Under the pieces are notes generated by a model. The model ran no database searches. It saw nothing but the letters and a program-made list of their open reading frames with translations, and was not told where the DNA came from. Source: Geopsychrobacteraceae bacterium (lineage in GTDB: Bacteria > Desulfobacterota > Desulfuromonadia > Desulfuromonadales > Geopsychrobacteraceae). Taken from it: a stretch of DNA of 64,000 nucleotides. Where the stretch lies: contig OY759353.1 of NCBI GenBank assembly GCA_963662315.1, forward strand, positions 1,632,001 through 1,696,000, read 5' to 3'. Positions 40,570-50,952 of this stretch are shown piece by piece; positions within the stretch are counted from its first letter, which is position 1, and each line of letters opens with the position of its first letter. The position numbers were made by a program, and so were the translations under genes.

Positions 40570-41465
40570 TAATCATTTCCAACCGGATATTCTGGTGCGG
40601 CACTTGGAGGTGTCACCATAGCTTCGGTGCGCTCACGCACCACCAATATCCCCGAGGCCACAATTAATAGGGTTCCCACCAACATGGCAATATCCGGGGT
40701 CTCTCCCCAAAAGACAAACCCAAAAAAACCGGCGAAGATCAACCCCGTAAATCCAAGCGGGGAAACCTGAGAGGCCGGAGCAAGTTTGTAAGCACGTGTC
40801 AGCAGCAGCTGCCCAAGCGTCCCGACAGCGGCCAGACCCAACAAAACAAAGGCCAGATCCCAGGTGGGAACCTTAAAATCCCAGAGCATAGGAACTGCGG
40901 AAATCACACTGCTTAATAAAGAAAAATAAAGCACAATACGCGTTCCCGGTTCAGTGTCTGACAAACGCTTTACCGAAGTTAAAGCCAAACCACCCAGGAC
41001 ACCAGAGGTTAAGCCTGCCAATCCTGCTAAGGAAGCAACTACGGCAGTGGGCTGAAACAGGCACACCACCCCGCCAATACCGATAATAACAGCCAGCTTA
41101 CGACTGCGGGTTAGTTGCTCTTTTAACCAGCACTTTGCAAAAATGGCGACAAAAATAGGAGACGTATAATTGAGCAGAACCGCACCAGCCAGAGGCAGGT
41201 TGGATATGGCATAGAAGTAAAGAACCATTGCCGTCAGCCCTGCTCCTGTGCGCAACAGGTGAAAATGAAAACACTTGGTTTTCAGACAGACTCTCTGCTG
41301 CAAAACCAGGGGAAGCAGCAGGAGTAAGCCAATAAAATTACGAAAAAAGATAACTTCGCTCCGAGGCAGCTCTGCCGCAGCAACCCGGACAAATGCCGCC
41401 ATAGAGGCAAAACAGCAGGCAGAAAAAATCGCCAGAACAGCCCAGTGCGAAAACAGGCGTTTCAT
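40569..41465 (-). CDS. DMT/EamA family transporter
   Basis: About 10 TM; FFRN, YTSPIF, RAYKLAPAS.VSP, FWGETP. Confidence 0.88.
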   Translation of the reverse strand: MKRLFSHWAVLAIFSACCFASMAAFVRVAAAELPRSEVIFFRNFIGLLLLLPLVLQQRVCLKTKCFHFHLLRTGAGLTAMVLYFYAISNLPLAGAVLLNYTSPIFVAIFAKCWLKEQLTRSRKLAVIIGIGGVVCLFQPTAVVASLAGLAGLTSGVLGGLALTSVKRLSDTEPGTRIVLYFSLLSSVISAVPMLWDFKVPTWDLAFVLLGLAAVGTLGQLLLTRAYKLAPASQVSPLGFTGLIFAGFFGFVFWGETPDIAMLVGTLLIVASGILVVRERTEAMVTPPSAAPEYPVGND

Positions 41466-41621
41466 AAAAAAAACCTCTAAACAATTTGGATAGCAGACGG
41501 AAACAGGCCATTTCCGCTGTAGGAGTGTCAATCTTTTGGATAGCCGTACAAGAAGTATGTGGTAACGGTTACACCCGTTGCCCGGTAAATGCAATCAATT
41601 GTCTTTGCCGGGCACTGATTT

Positions 41622-42491
41622 TTAACGAATATAATCTTTGGCGCAGTCGATCAGAAAACGAGCGATACTACGTTTGGGAGGTATCGTTGGTAATTGATCA
41701 ATTTTAAACCACCGCGCATCAGCCAGCTCATGATCGTTGAGGTTGACATCGCCACTGACATAATCGGCGACAAAACCGCACATCAACTGACAAGGGAACG
41801 GCCAGGACTGGCTCCCGACATAGCGAATATTGTTGATGCGAATATTGGTCTCCTCATAAACCTCTCTGGACATAGCCTCTTCCAGGCATTCGCCAAATTC
41901 GACAAAGCCGGCGACTAAACCGTAACGACCATCAGTCCATTCAGCCTTATGCGTCAACAACACTTCATCCCCTTTGATGACCAATCCGATCACGCAGGGG
42001 TGGATACGTGGATAATGCAGAGTCCCACAACGACTGCACTTCTTGCCGTACTCACCGGGCAGACGTAACATTGGAGCACCACAATTACCACAGAAAAGGC
42101 TTTCGCCTTCCCAATGCAGAACAGCTCTGCCGATGCCCGCCAGAGACAGCAGAGACAATGGCAGCGGTTGATCAGGGGAACGCATATGACAGGACACCAG
42201 GGCGGGCACTTGTGCATCAGCGCCAACAGCCAGCAGACGGCATGGCTGCCCCTGCCATTGCCCGATGTATAAGGGCTCAGTCGCTAACGGGACAGGACAT
42301 GGGCCAAACGGCATCGTCAGTCCGCTGGCGCCGTTACTGGCCAGCACAGACATTCCCTGCATCAGCAGCCAGAAACCATCACCACCCGGATCCTGATCCG
42401 GAACAGAGAAGCTGAAATCCTGATCAAGGTGACCACGATTAAACGGAAGTTCAATGGTAGCGGCAATAAATTCAGAAGTGTTCATTTTCAT
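41622..42491 (-). CDS. nudC: NAD(+) diphosphatase / NAD-cap decapping enzyme NudC
   Basis: FCGNCG..C..C zinc ribbon, YPRIHP, Nudix box REVYEE, SQSWPFP. Confidence 0.92.
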   Translation of the reverse strand: MKMNTSEFIAATIELPFNRGHLDQDFSFSVPDQDPGGDGFWLLMQGMSVLASNGASGLTMPFGPCPVPLATEPLYIGQWQGQPCRLLAVGADAQVPALVSCHMRSPDQPLPLSLLSLAGIGRAVLHWEGESLFCGNCGAPMLRLPGEYGKKCSRCGTLHYPRIHPCVIGLVIKGDEVLLTHKAEWTDGRYGLVAGFVEFGECLEEAMSREVYEETNIRINNIRYVGSQSWPFPCQLMCGFVADYVSGDVNLNDHELADARWFKIDQLPTIPPKRSIARFLIDCAKDYIR

Positions 42492-43021
42492 ATCGTTTCA
42501 TTGTTCTGGGACAGAGCATAACGGAGCAAAGCAATTTGTGTCTTGGCATCACAAATAGTGCCGGTGGCTACCATATCGAGGGCTTCATCAAGGGTCAGAC
42601 TGATCGGCTCGATAAATTCGTCCGGCTCCAGGGCCAGCTCAGCAAGTTCAAGATCTCGAGCGACAAAGAGGTAAATTTTTTCATTACAAAAACCGATACT
42701 GCTGTAGACAAATCCCAGGGAATCGAGCTGTCGCGGCCGATAGCCGACTTCTTCAATCAATTCCCGTTCAATGCACCCGGCCGGATCTTCACCAAGTTCA
42801 ACCCGCCCAGCGGGAATTTCAAAAATATAGTCCTGCGCAGCTGGTCGAAACTGACGGATCAGCAAGACATTGTCATTATCTAGAACCGGAAGGGCTGCTG
42901 CGCCGCCAGGGTGCTGAATAATCTCAAAGGTCCTTTCACGGTTATCGGGCATGAGATGCTTTTCTTTAGCCAGATCCAGTATGCGACCGTTATATATAAT
43001 TTCTTCATTAAGTTTACTCAT
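42488..43021 (-). CDS. NUDIX hydrolase (ADP-ribose pyrophosphatase-like)
   Basis: HPGGAA, RQFR, EIPAG...RELIEEVG, DAKT. Confidence 0.88.
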   Translation of the reverse strand: MSKLNEEIIYNGRILDLAKEKHLMPDNRERTFEIIQHPGGAAALPVLDNDNVLLIRQFRPAAQDYIFEIPAGRVELGEDPAGCIERELIEEVGYRPRQLDSLGFVYSSIGFCNEKIYLFVARDLELAELALEPDEFIEPISLTLDEALDMVATGTICDAKTQIALLRYALSQNNETI

Positions 43022-43109
43022 ATTATGACCCCCGGTATCAGATAAGCCCGCAATTCCCATCCAGGTTAACCCACGGCCAGGCAAGGTTACCAGCATAGCT
43101 ATAGTACAA

Positions 43110-43856
43110 TTAGTAAGAGCGCGAAAGATGAGAGGTTAAAAATTCCTGTAAGCGACGATGGTCGCCACGATTAGGACAGTCCCACTCTGGAGGTCCATGG
43201 TCAACCAGCCAGGTATCGACCAGAAACGCCTGCATACCGACAGAAACTGCAGCCAGATCATGATTCAAATCATTACCGACCATTAGACACTGTTGCGGCT
43301 GGAGACCGAGGTCACGGGCGATATCGACAAAATAACCCGGTTGTGGCTTACAGTGATAACTGTTCTCGTAAGCTGTAATCAGGTGAAACAGGTTTTCATC
43401 AAGGCCTCCCCAGCGCAACCGCGCTTTGATCATAAAATCGGGAAAGACCGGATTGGTCGCAAGGACCAGAGGAATCCCTTTGCGATAACACTCAATGACA
43501 ATCTGCTGAGCCAGAGGTATTGGTCTGATGAAATGCTGTAAAGCATCCAGACCATTGTCCTGAAAGTGATCGAAGCTATCCTTAAGCACCTGAGCTGAAA
43601 TATTCAGATCATCTGTCATCAACTGAAAAAGACGTTGTTCATTGGTCAGGATCCCGTCACCAGGTTGATGAATCAGTTCGCGAATTGCCCGCAGCTTGGC
43701 CTTGACAAACTTGTTTGGCTTGACATAAGCGGAGCAGCAATCAGCCAAACTATCGACATAGCGGGGGATAAACTCAGACATACGCGCTCTGAGCAAGGTT
43801 CCATCCATATCAAACAGAACAGCTGAAATCACCGGGTTACGGGAGGGTAATGACAT
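43110..43856 (-). CDS. HAD-family hydrolase
   Basis: FDMDGTL, ATNP, KP, MVGND...D. Confidence 0.88.
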   Translation of the reverse strand: MSLPSRNPVISAVLFDMDGTLLRARMSEFIPRYVDSLADCCSAYVKPNKFVKAKLRAIRELIHQPGDGILTNEQRLFQLMTDDLNISAQVLKDSFDHFQDNGLDALQHFIRPIPLAQQIVIECYRKGIPLVLATNPVFPDFMIKARLRWGGLDENLFHLITAYENSYHCKPQPGYFVDIARDLGLQPQQCLMVGNDLNHDLAAVSVGMQAFLVDTWLVDHGPPEWDCPNRGDHRRLQEFLTSHLSRSY

Positions 43857-44032
43857 GACAACTCCAGAAAGGTCCTACTCTGCATCAAAAGATCTGTTCA
43901 TGGTTCTATCACAGCAGGCGGCTTTGTACCAGCACCGGATGACAGATGGGTGCGAAAACCTTGACTTTCATGGAAAATGAACGTTAAAAAGTCTCAGATA
44001 ACCTATATTTTTACCAGAAGGAAAAAAGCCGT

Positions 44033-44626
44033 ATGGATGTTTATAGAGCGGAAGTCAAAGAATTACAGATAGGTCTGAAGATCAGAGAGCTCAGACAGAA
44101 AAGCCGCCTTACCCTGCAAGATCTGTCTGAAATGACTGAGCTGTCCAAGCCTCTTTTATCGCAAATTGAAAACGATCAGGTCATTCCACCTCTGGCCACT
44201 CTGCTCCGCATCGCCAAGGCTCTGAAAGTACCGTTGCAAACCTTCTTTGAAGAAGAAGACAACACCCAAAAATGCCTGATTGTAAGAGCCGGAGAAGCAA
44301 ACCGTATGAAACGTCGCCCCAGTCATGGCGGCGAGCCGCAACCCTACTTCTACCATGCTCTGGCTTACGGTAAGAAACATAAACATATGGAACCATTTCT
44401 GGTGGAATTCGACCCAGCCCGTACCGAACAGTCACAACCAGTCCGCCACCCTGGGGAAGAATTTACTTATATCCTTGAAGGGACTGTCGAACTGAAGCAT
44501 GGTGGCGACACCTATGTTCTCGAACCCGGTGATTCAGTCTACTGGGATTCCAACGAACCCCATAGCCTGCGGGCACTGGGGGACAAAGTGGCCCATGCCA
44601 TTGCCGTTCTTTACACTAAAAACTGA
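44033..44626 (+). CDS. XRE-family HTH + cupin transcriptional regulator
   Basis: LTLQDLS..TELSKPLLSQIEN; MEPF, HPGEEF, PGDSVYWDS..PH. Confidence 0.9.
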   Translation: MDVYRAEVKELQIGLKIRELRQKSRLTLQDLSEMTELSKPLLSQIENDQVIPPLATLLRIAKALKVPLQTFFEEEDNTQKCLIVRAGEANRMKRRPSHGGEPQPYFYHALAYGKKHKHMEPFLVEFDPARTEQSQPVRHPGEEFTYILEGTVELKHGGDTYVLEPGDSVYWDSNEPHSLRALGDKVAHAIAVLYTKN

Positions 44627-44810
44627 TAATTCTTGGACCTTTAGCAACGCCTGATTTCTTAATAAGGAGACCAATAGCATGCAAGCACCAGAAACATCGC
44701 TATTGATGTCTGCCCACTCAAAAACACCGCATGGGGCTTTTGCTGTCAATCGAAATTGCGTGTTACATGGGACTCGTTGTTAATTTTTTTTAAATATTCC
44801 ACAGCGCCGC

Positions 44811-44831
44811 TACTATTTTAGTAAAATAGTA
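44811..44831. promoter_or_regulatory. Perfect 21-bp palindrome upstream of elbB (candidate operator)
   Basis: TACTATTTTA-G-TAAAATAGTA. Confidence 0.5.
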
Positions 44832-44903
44832 ATGATCAGCTAGATACTTAACTTCGCGACATGAACCATCGCGCGAGGAAACCAAGACCTAAGGAGGGCT
44901 CAA

Positions 44904-45563
44904 ATGGCTAAAGTTGGGGTTTTATTATCAGGTTGTGGCGTTTATGATGGCAGCGAAATTCATGAAGCAGTCATCTCTCTTCTGGCTCTTGACAGAGCCG
45001 GTGCAGAAATCGTCATGATGGCTCCAAATGTTGAATTGAACGTTGTTAACCATATAACAGGCGAAAGCCTTGAAGGGGTGACGCGTAACGTCCTGGAAGA
45101 GTCAGCCCGGATTGCCCGCGGCAAAATCAGCGATATAAAAAATATCAGTGCCACAGACATTGACGCCCTCTTGATTCCCGGTGGCTTCGGAGCCGCAAAA
45201 AACCTTTGTAACTTTGCAGTCAAGGGACCAGAGTGTGATGTTAATCCACAAGTGGCTCGCCTGATTAAAGAGGTGGTTGCAGCAAAAAAACCGCTGGCGG
45301 CGGTATGTATTGCCCCCGCTCTGGTAGCCAGGGTATTGGGTGAAGACCAGCTCAGTCACCAGCTCACCATTGGTCATGACGAAGGAACTGCCGCAGCCAT
45401 AACCCAAATGGGTGCCAACCATGTCAACTGCCCGGTTGACGAGTGTGTCATCGATACCAAGAATAAAATTATCACCAGTCCCGCATATATGTTGGCCGGT
45501 CGCATCAGTGAAGCTGCCGCTGGCATTGAAAAAACCGTCAAAGCCCTGATGGATATGTTATAA
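44904..45563 (+). CDS. elbB: Glyoxalase ElbB (DJ-1/PfpI, ES1 family)
   Basis: LSGCGVYDGSEIHE, ESARIARG, PGGFGAAKNL, CIAP, TSPAYM. Confidence 0.93.
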   Translation: MAKVGVLLSGCGVYDGSEIHEAVISLLALDRAGAEIVMMAPNVELNVVNHITGESLEGVTRNVLEESARIARGKISDIKNISATDIDALLIPGGFGAAKNLCNFAVKGPECDVNPQVARLIKEVVAAKKPLAAVCIAPALVARVLGEDQLSHQLTIGHDEGTAAAITQMGANHVNCPVDECVIDTKNKIITSPAYMLAGRISEAAAGIEKTVKALMDML

Positions 45564-45660
45564 ATACGATAAATCATTTTTATTTATTACCAGTATTGTA
45601 ATAATTATTTCCATCTGGTAATGTTCACACATCTTAACTTTGTTTACTCAGGAGGCTGCC

Positions 45661-45819
45661 ATGCAAAAGTACCGCTGTATCGTTTGTGACTATATTTATG
45701 ACCCGGAAGTTGGTGACCCAGATAGCGGAATTGCGCCAGGAACCGCATTTGAAGATATCCCGGAAGATTGGGTCTGCCCACTGTGCGGCGTAGACAAAAC
45801 TAACTTCGAACCTGCTTAA
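45661..45819 (+). CDS. Rubredoxin (52 aa; not in ORF track)
   Basis: [60 protein letters not shown]. Confidence 0.96.
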   Translation: MQKYRCIVCDYIYDPEVGDPDSGIAPGTAFEDIPEDWVCPLCGVDKTNFEPA

Positions 45820-45842
45820 AGCTAGCAACTTGATGCTGTGTC

Positions 45843-45886
45843 CACGGGGCCTGATTGCTTAGTTTCAATCAGGCCCCGTGCTTTTC
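45843..45886 (+). terminator. Rho-independent terminator after rubredoxin
   Basis: cacggggcctgattg...caatcaggccccgtg followed by ctttt. Confidence 0.8.
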
Positions 45887-45945
45887 ACTATAATATTGGA
45901 TATTTATCTGACGATCTAAACGATCTCTGGCAATGGAGCCTTGTC

Positions 45946-46851
45946 ATGAGTGAAGCACCGCAAAGGAAACCGGACTGGTTAAAAGTCAAACTTCCGTCCG
46001 GCCCGAATTACAGCCGGATTCATCGTTATCATCGTCAGCATGGTCTCAATTCCGTCTGTCGCAGCGCTGCCTGCCCCAATCAGGGGGAATGTTGGAGCAA
46101 AGGGACGGCGACCTTTATGATTCTGGGTGACACCTGCAGTCGCCATTGCCTGTTTTGCAATGTCGGCAGTGGTCACCTGGATGTCCCCGACCCGGAGGAA
46201 CCAGCAAAAGTTGCCCGGGCGATTGCCGAACTCGGTCTCAGGCATGCAGTTATCACCTCCGTCACCAGAGATGACCTTGATGATGGTGGAGCTCAACAGT
46301 TTGCCGAACTTATACATCAAATCCGTAACTTCGCTCCCGACTGTAAAATTGAACTGCTTATTCCCGATCTTCTTGGCAACTGGCAGGCATTGGCCGTCAT
46401 TATTGCCGCCCAGCCAGATGTTCTCGGCCACAATATAGAAACCGTACCCCGCCTTTACCCCCAAGTGCGTCCAGAAGCTCAATACCAACGCTCTTTAAAT
46501 CTTCTCGCTGAAGCGCACCGGCTCAACTCCGATCTAATTACCAAATCAGGATTAATGCTCGGCATGGGAGAAGAGAAAGAAGAAGTTATTGCGGTACTCA
46601 AGGATCTGCGTGCCCATCATTGTCAGTTGGTTACCGTCGGACAATATTTGGCTCCAACCAAACAACATTTTCCGGTGAGCCGCTTTGTATCACCACAGGA
46701 ATTTGACCACTATGCATGCCTGGGGCAAGAGCTTGGCTTTGCCCATATTGAGGCGGGGCCGTTGGTCAGATCATCCTATCATGCCGAAGAGCAGTATCGT
46801 GCAAGTACTCACGTAACCATTCAAGGACAGAACGATCATGATCTGGAATAA
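45946..46851 (+). CDS. lipA: Lipoyl synthase
   Basis: KPDWL, C...A.CPN..ECW, radical SAM CSRHCLFC, HNIETV, VRSSYHA. Confidence 0.95.
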   Translation: MSEAPQRKPDWLKVKLPSGPNYSRIHRYHRQHGLNSVCRSAACPNQGECWSKGTATFMILGDTCSRHCLFCNVGSGHLDVPDPEEPAKVARAIAELGLRHAVITSVTRDDLDDGGAQQFAELIHQIRNFAPDCKIELLIPDLLGNWQALAVIIAAQPDVLGHNIETVPRLYPQVRPEAQYQRSLNLLAEAHRLNSDLITKSGLMLGMGEEKEEVIAVLKDLRAHHCQLVTVGQYLAPTKQHFPVSRFVSPQEFDHYACLGQELGFAHIEAGPLVRSSYHAEEQYRASTHVTIQGQNDHDLE

Positions 46852-46993
46852 ATGGTATCGGCATAAGATGCGTAGAACACCAGTTATAGCACCGGTAGAA
46901 TTTTACCGTGATATTGCGACAATGAGGCGCCTGGTTTATAGTTTTTCATTGGTGCAATTTAAATTTCACATTATTCAAGAGTGAGAGTAGAGC

Positions 46994-49672
46994 ATGAGTA
47001 TTATCGACAACATCAGTCCCCAGTGGATAGAAGCTCAATACCAACAATACAAGCAGGATCCGAACCAGGTTCCGGCCGAGTGGCAGGCATTTTTCCAGGG
47101 CTTTGAAATTGCACTTGAAACCCCGGGATCGGCAGGAAGCGATCCTAAGCCGGCGGCTGTCCAGTCTTTGATCAGTCGTTATCGCGACATAGGCCACCTG
47201 TATGCCTGCGTTGACCCTCTGACACCCTGCCAATTGGAACATCCACTCTTGGAAGCTTCCCAATTCGGACTGAATGAAGATGATCTGAACCGCACGTTTG
47301 CCACTGATGATTTTATTCTGCCGGAAGCGCCGCTCAAAGATATCATCGATATTCTTAGGCAGACCTACTGCAGCTCAATCGGCATGGAATTTATGCATAT
47401 TCCGATTATTGAGGAACGTAAATGGCTGCAACAGAAAGCAGAAGAAGCCCGCAGTCATGCATCCTTAAGTAAAGAGAAAAAACTCAATACGTTGCGAATG
47501 TTATTGAAGGCCAGCAAATTTGAATCATTCCTGCACCGTAAATTTGTCGGTCAAAAACGATTTTCTCTCGAAGGCTCGGAAGCGGTTATCCCCCTGCTGG
47601 ATCACATTATCGAGACATCGGCTCAACTTAACATGAAAGATGTGGTCATCGGCATGGCCCACCGTGGGCGCTTGAATGTGTTGGCCAACATTTTTGAAAA
47701 ACCCCTGGAAAACATGTTTGCCGAGTTTGCCGACAATGAACGCTACAAAATCATCGGTGAAGGGGACGTTAAATACCACAAGGGCTATTCTGCCGACCGC
47801 ACCTTCCCATGCGGCAAGATCCATATTTCTCTCGCCTCGAATCCCAGCCACCTGGAAGCGGTCAACCCGGTCGTTGAAGGCAAGGCGCGCGCACGCCAGG
47901 ATCGCATGGACAACGGTGAGTACAATGTCATGCCGTTGCTAATCCATGGCGATGCAGCCTTTATCGGCCAGGGGGTCGTTGCGGAAACGCTCAATCTTTC
48001 GCAAATCGCCGGTTATAAAACCGGGGGTACACTGCATGTTGTCATCAATAACCAGATTGGCTTTACGACTCTGCCGGTTGATGCCCGTTCCACCTGCTAT
48101 CCGACTGATCTTGGTAAAATGCTGATGTCACCGATTTTCCATGTTCATGGTGATGACCCCGAAGCCTTGATTCAGGCGGCTACCATGGCCGTAGAATTTC
48201 GTCAAAAATTTAAAAAGGATGTCTTTATCGAAGTCATCTGCTACCGCCGTCATGGTCACAACGAAGGGGATGAACCATTCTTCACTCAGCCTCTGATGTA
48301 CGAAAAAATCAAAAACCATCCGCCGACGGCAGATATTTACACCAATCAGCTGCTGATGGAAGGCTTTAACGAGCAGGAACTGAAGATCATCGCCGATGCC
48401 ATTGACCAGAATCTGGAAGAGGCTTTAAGTCGCGAAATCTGCCCATTGAATCCCGTATTCCTGAAACAGTGGTCGCATATTCAGCGTGTCTTCCGCTTTG
48501 AACCGGTTGCAACCGGAGTAAGCACTGACACTCTTGAAGCCCTGTCCACACAGCTGACAACCATCCCGGAGGGATTTAACGCTCACCGTAAAATTGCCGC
48601 GTTACTAAACAAACGCCAATCGGCGGTCACTTCCAGGGAAAGAACTATAGACTGGGGAACCGGCGAAGCCCTGGCGTTTGCCAGCCTGGTCTATGAGGGT
48701 ACATCAATCCGGCTTTCCGGTCAGGATTCACGCCGCGGCACCTTCAACCATCGCCATGCCACGATTTACGACACCAAGACGGGTCGTGAGTATACAGCTT
48801 TAAGTAAAATCGCCTCGGACCACAACTGCCGCTTTGACGTTTTCAACAGTGTTCTGTCTGAAATGGCCGTGCTTGGTTTTGACTATGGCTATTCGGTAGA
48901 AACCCCCGATGATCTGACCATCTGGGAAGCCCAATTTGGCGACTTTGCCAACGGTGCCCAGGTTATCATCGATCAGTTTATTGCCAGCAGCCTGGTGAAA
49001 TGGGACCGTCCGTCCGGTATCGCCATGTTCCTCCCCCACGGCTATGAAGGTCAGGGGCCTGAGCACTCCAGTGCGCGCATCGAACGTTACCTGCAGCTGT
49101 GTGCCGGGGACAACATGATTGTTGCCGTACCGTCCACCCCAGCCCAACTGTTTCACCTGATCCGCCGCCAGGTTCGGGCCAAGTACAGGCGTCCGCTGAT
49201 CGTCGCTACCCCCAAAGCGTTGCTGCGCCACCCCGACTGTGTTTCGAGTGTTGAAGAGTTGGCCCAGGGGCAGTTCCAGGAGATTATTCCTGATAGTGTC
49301 GTTGCTGCGCAAAACTGTCGCCGCGTGATCTTGTGCAGCGGTAAAATCTATTATGAGCTGCTCAATCAGCGTAAGGAAGGACAACATGAGGATGTTGCCA
49401 TCATTCGTTTTGAGCAGATATTCCCGCTGCATAGTGATTTGCTGAAGGACATCATTGCTCCTTATGGAGAAGGTACTGAATACCTGTGGGTTCAGGAAGA
49501 AATTGGCAACGGTGGTAGCTGGGACCACCTGCGTCCGCAACTGCGGAACATCATCGGCAAGGAACCTGTCTATGTTGGCCGCAAGCGCTCAGCAAGCCCG
49601 GCTGTCGGTTCCCACCGGATCCACAAGCAGGAGCAACAGCAGATTCTGGAACAGGCGTTTGCCCCCCTTTAA
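46994..49672 (+). CDS. sucA: 2-oxoglutarate dehydrogenase E1
   Basis: KRFSLEG, MAHRGRLN, GDVKYH, HGDAAF.GQG, GHNEGDEP, WEAQFGDFANGAQ, GPEHSSAR. Confidence 0.96.
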   Translation: MSIIDNISPQWIEAQYQQYKQDPNQVPAEWQAFFQGFEIALETPGSAGSDPKPAAVQSLISRYRDIGHLYACVDPLTPCQLEHPLLEASQFGLNEDDLNRTFATDDFILPEAPLKDIIDILRQTYCSSIGMEFMHIPIIEERKWLQQKAEEARSHASLSKEKKLNTLRMLLKASKFESFLHRKFVGQKRFSLEGSEAVIPLLDHIIETSAQLNMKDVVIGMAHRGRLNVLANIFEKPLENMFAEFADNERYKIIGEGDVKYHKGYSADRTFPCGKIHISLASNPSHLEAVNPVVEGKARARQDRMDNGEYNVMPLLIHGDAAFIGQGVVAETLNLSQIAGYKTGGTLHVVINNQIGFTTLPVDARSTCYPTDLGKMLMSPIFHVHGDDPEALIQAATMAVEFRQKFKKDVFIEVICYRRHGHNEGDEPFFTQPLMYEKIKNHPPTADIYTNQLLMEGFNEQELKIIADAIDQNLEEALSREICPLNPVFLKQWSHIQRVFRFEPVATGVSTDTLEALSTQLTTIPEGFNAHRKIAALLNKRQSAVTSRERTIDWGTGEALAFASLVYEGTSIRLSGQDSRRGTFNHRHATIYDTKTGREYTALSKIASDHNCRFDVFNSVLSEMAVLGFDYGYSVETPDDLTIWEAQFGDFANGAQVIIDQFIASSLVKWDRPSGIAMFLPHGYEGQGPEHSSARIERYLQLCAGDNMIVAVPSTPAQLFHLIRRQVRAKYRRPLIVATPKALLRHPDCVSSVEELAQGQFQEIIPDSVVAAQNCRRVILCSGKIYYELLNQRKEGQHEDVAIIRFEQIFPLHSDLLKDIIAPYGEGTEYLWVQEEIGNGGSWDHLRPQLRNIIGKEPVYVGRKRSASPAVGSHRIHKQEQQQILEQAFAPL

Positions 49673-49701
49673 TTATCATTTTTTAAATACAGAGGATCGA
49701 T

Positions 49702-50901
49702 ATGGATATCATTGTCCCCCAGGTTGGAGAATCAATCGTTGAAGCGGAAGTTGGTGAATGGTTCAAAAAGAATGGCGAATATGTCGAAAAGGACGATATT
49801 CTCATGGAGCTGGAAACCGAAAAAGTTAATGTGGAATTAACAGCCGAAGCTTCCGGCGTACTGACGATTCTTGTTGCAGACGGAGAAACGGTAGCCATCG
49901 GTGCTGTCATTGGCAGTATCGATGAAAGGGCAGAGAAACCTGCGGCAGGGACCGCAACTGCAGCACCTGAAGAAGATAAGACCGAAGCGCCAAAAACTCC
50001 AGTCTCTATGAATCCAGCTGTTCCAAAGATCGCAGCAGAGCGTGGCATTGATCCGGCGACACTGAAAGGAAGCGGCCGTGACGGGCGTATTCTAGTTGAT
50101 GACATTCCGCCCCAAAAAGAAACCAAGCCAGCTGCGGCTCCCGTCGCAACAGAAGTTTCCAAAGCGGCAGTGCCACCAGTGCTCAGCACTGCTGACGCTG
50201 AAAAGCGTATTACCCGTACGCCGATGACTCAGCTGCGCAAAAAAGTCGCCGAGCACCTGATGAAAGCCAAGCAGGAAACGGCCATGCTGACCACCTTCAA
50301 CGAGGTCGACATGAGCAAGGTCATGGCCCTGCGGAAAAAGTACAAAGATGCGTTTTTAAAAAAATATGACAGCAATCTTGGCTTCATGTCCTTCTTTGTC
50401 AAAGCCGTCACCGAAGCGCTGAAAGAATACCCTGACGTCAATGGCAGTATTGATGGCAACGATATTGTTCACCACAATTACTATGACATCGGGATTGCGG
50501 TCGGCAGCAAACGCGGACTGGTTGTTCCGGTTATCCGCGATACCGATAAACTCGACTTTCATGAAATTGAATTAACGATTAAATCACTGGCAGAACGCGC
50601 CAACGCTGGCAAGCTGACTCTGGATGAACTGCAGGGAGGAACCTTTACGATCACCAATGGTGGGGTCTATGGTTCCGTTTTATCAACCCCGCTGCTTAAT
50701 CCACCCCAAAGCGGTATTCTCGGCATGCACGGCATTATGGATAGAGCCGTCGTCCGCGATGGAGAAATCGTGATCCGGCCAATCATGAATCTGGCCTTAA
50801 GTTACGACCACCGCATTATCGACGGTCAGCAGTCCGTCGGTTTCCTGAAACAGGTGAAGAGTTATATTGAAGATCCCGAGAGCCTGTTGCTAAAGATCTA
50901 A
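49702..50901 (+). CDS. sucB: 2-oxoglutarate dehydrogenase E2 succinyltransferase
   Basis: Lipoyl domain ETEK, MLTTFNEVDM, GGTFTITNGG, LSYDHRIIDG. Confidence 0.95.
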   Translation: MDIIVPQVGESIVEAEVGEWFKKNGEYVEKDDILMELETEKVNVELTAEASGVLTILVADGETVAIGAVIGSIDERAEKPAAGTATAAPEEDKTEAPKTPVSMNPAVPKIAAERGIDPATLKGSGRDGRILVDDIPPQKETKPAAAPVATEVSKAAVPPVLSTADAEKRITRTPMTQLRKKVAEHLMKAKQETAMLTTFNEVDMSKVMALRKKYKDAFLKKYDSNLGFMSFFVKAVTEALKEYPDVNGSIDGNDIVHHNYYDIGIAVGSKRGLVVPVIRDTDKLDFHEIELTIKSLAERANAGKLTLDELQGGTFTITNGGVYGSVLSTPLLNPPQSGILGMHGIMDRAVVRDGEIVIRPIMNLALSYDHRIIDGQQSVGFLKQVKSYIEDPESLLLKI

Positions 50902-50952
50902 ACGAAGAAATGATTCAGACTGCTTCAAGCAGGCTGTCATAAAGGAGTTGAC

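Noticed and set aside
45634..45828. 64-aa minus-strand ORF in the track
   Set aside because: Antisense shadow of the rubredoxin gene.
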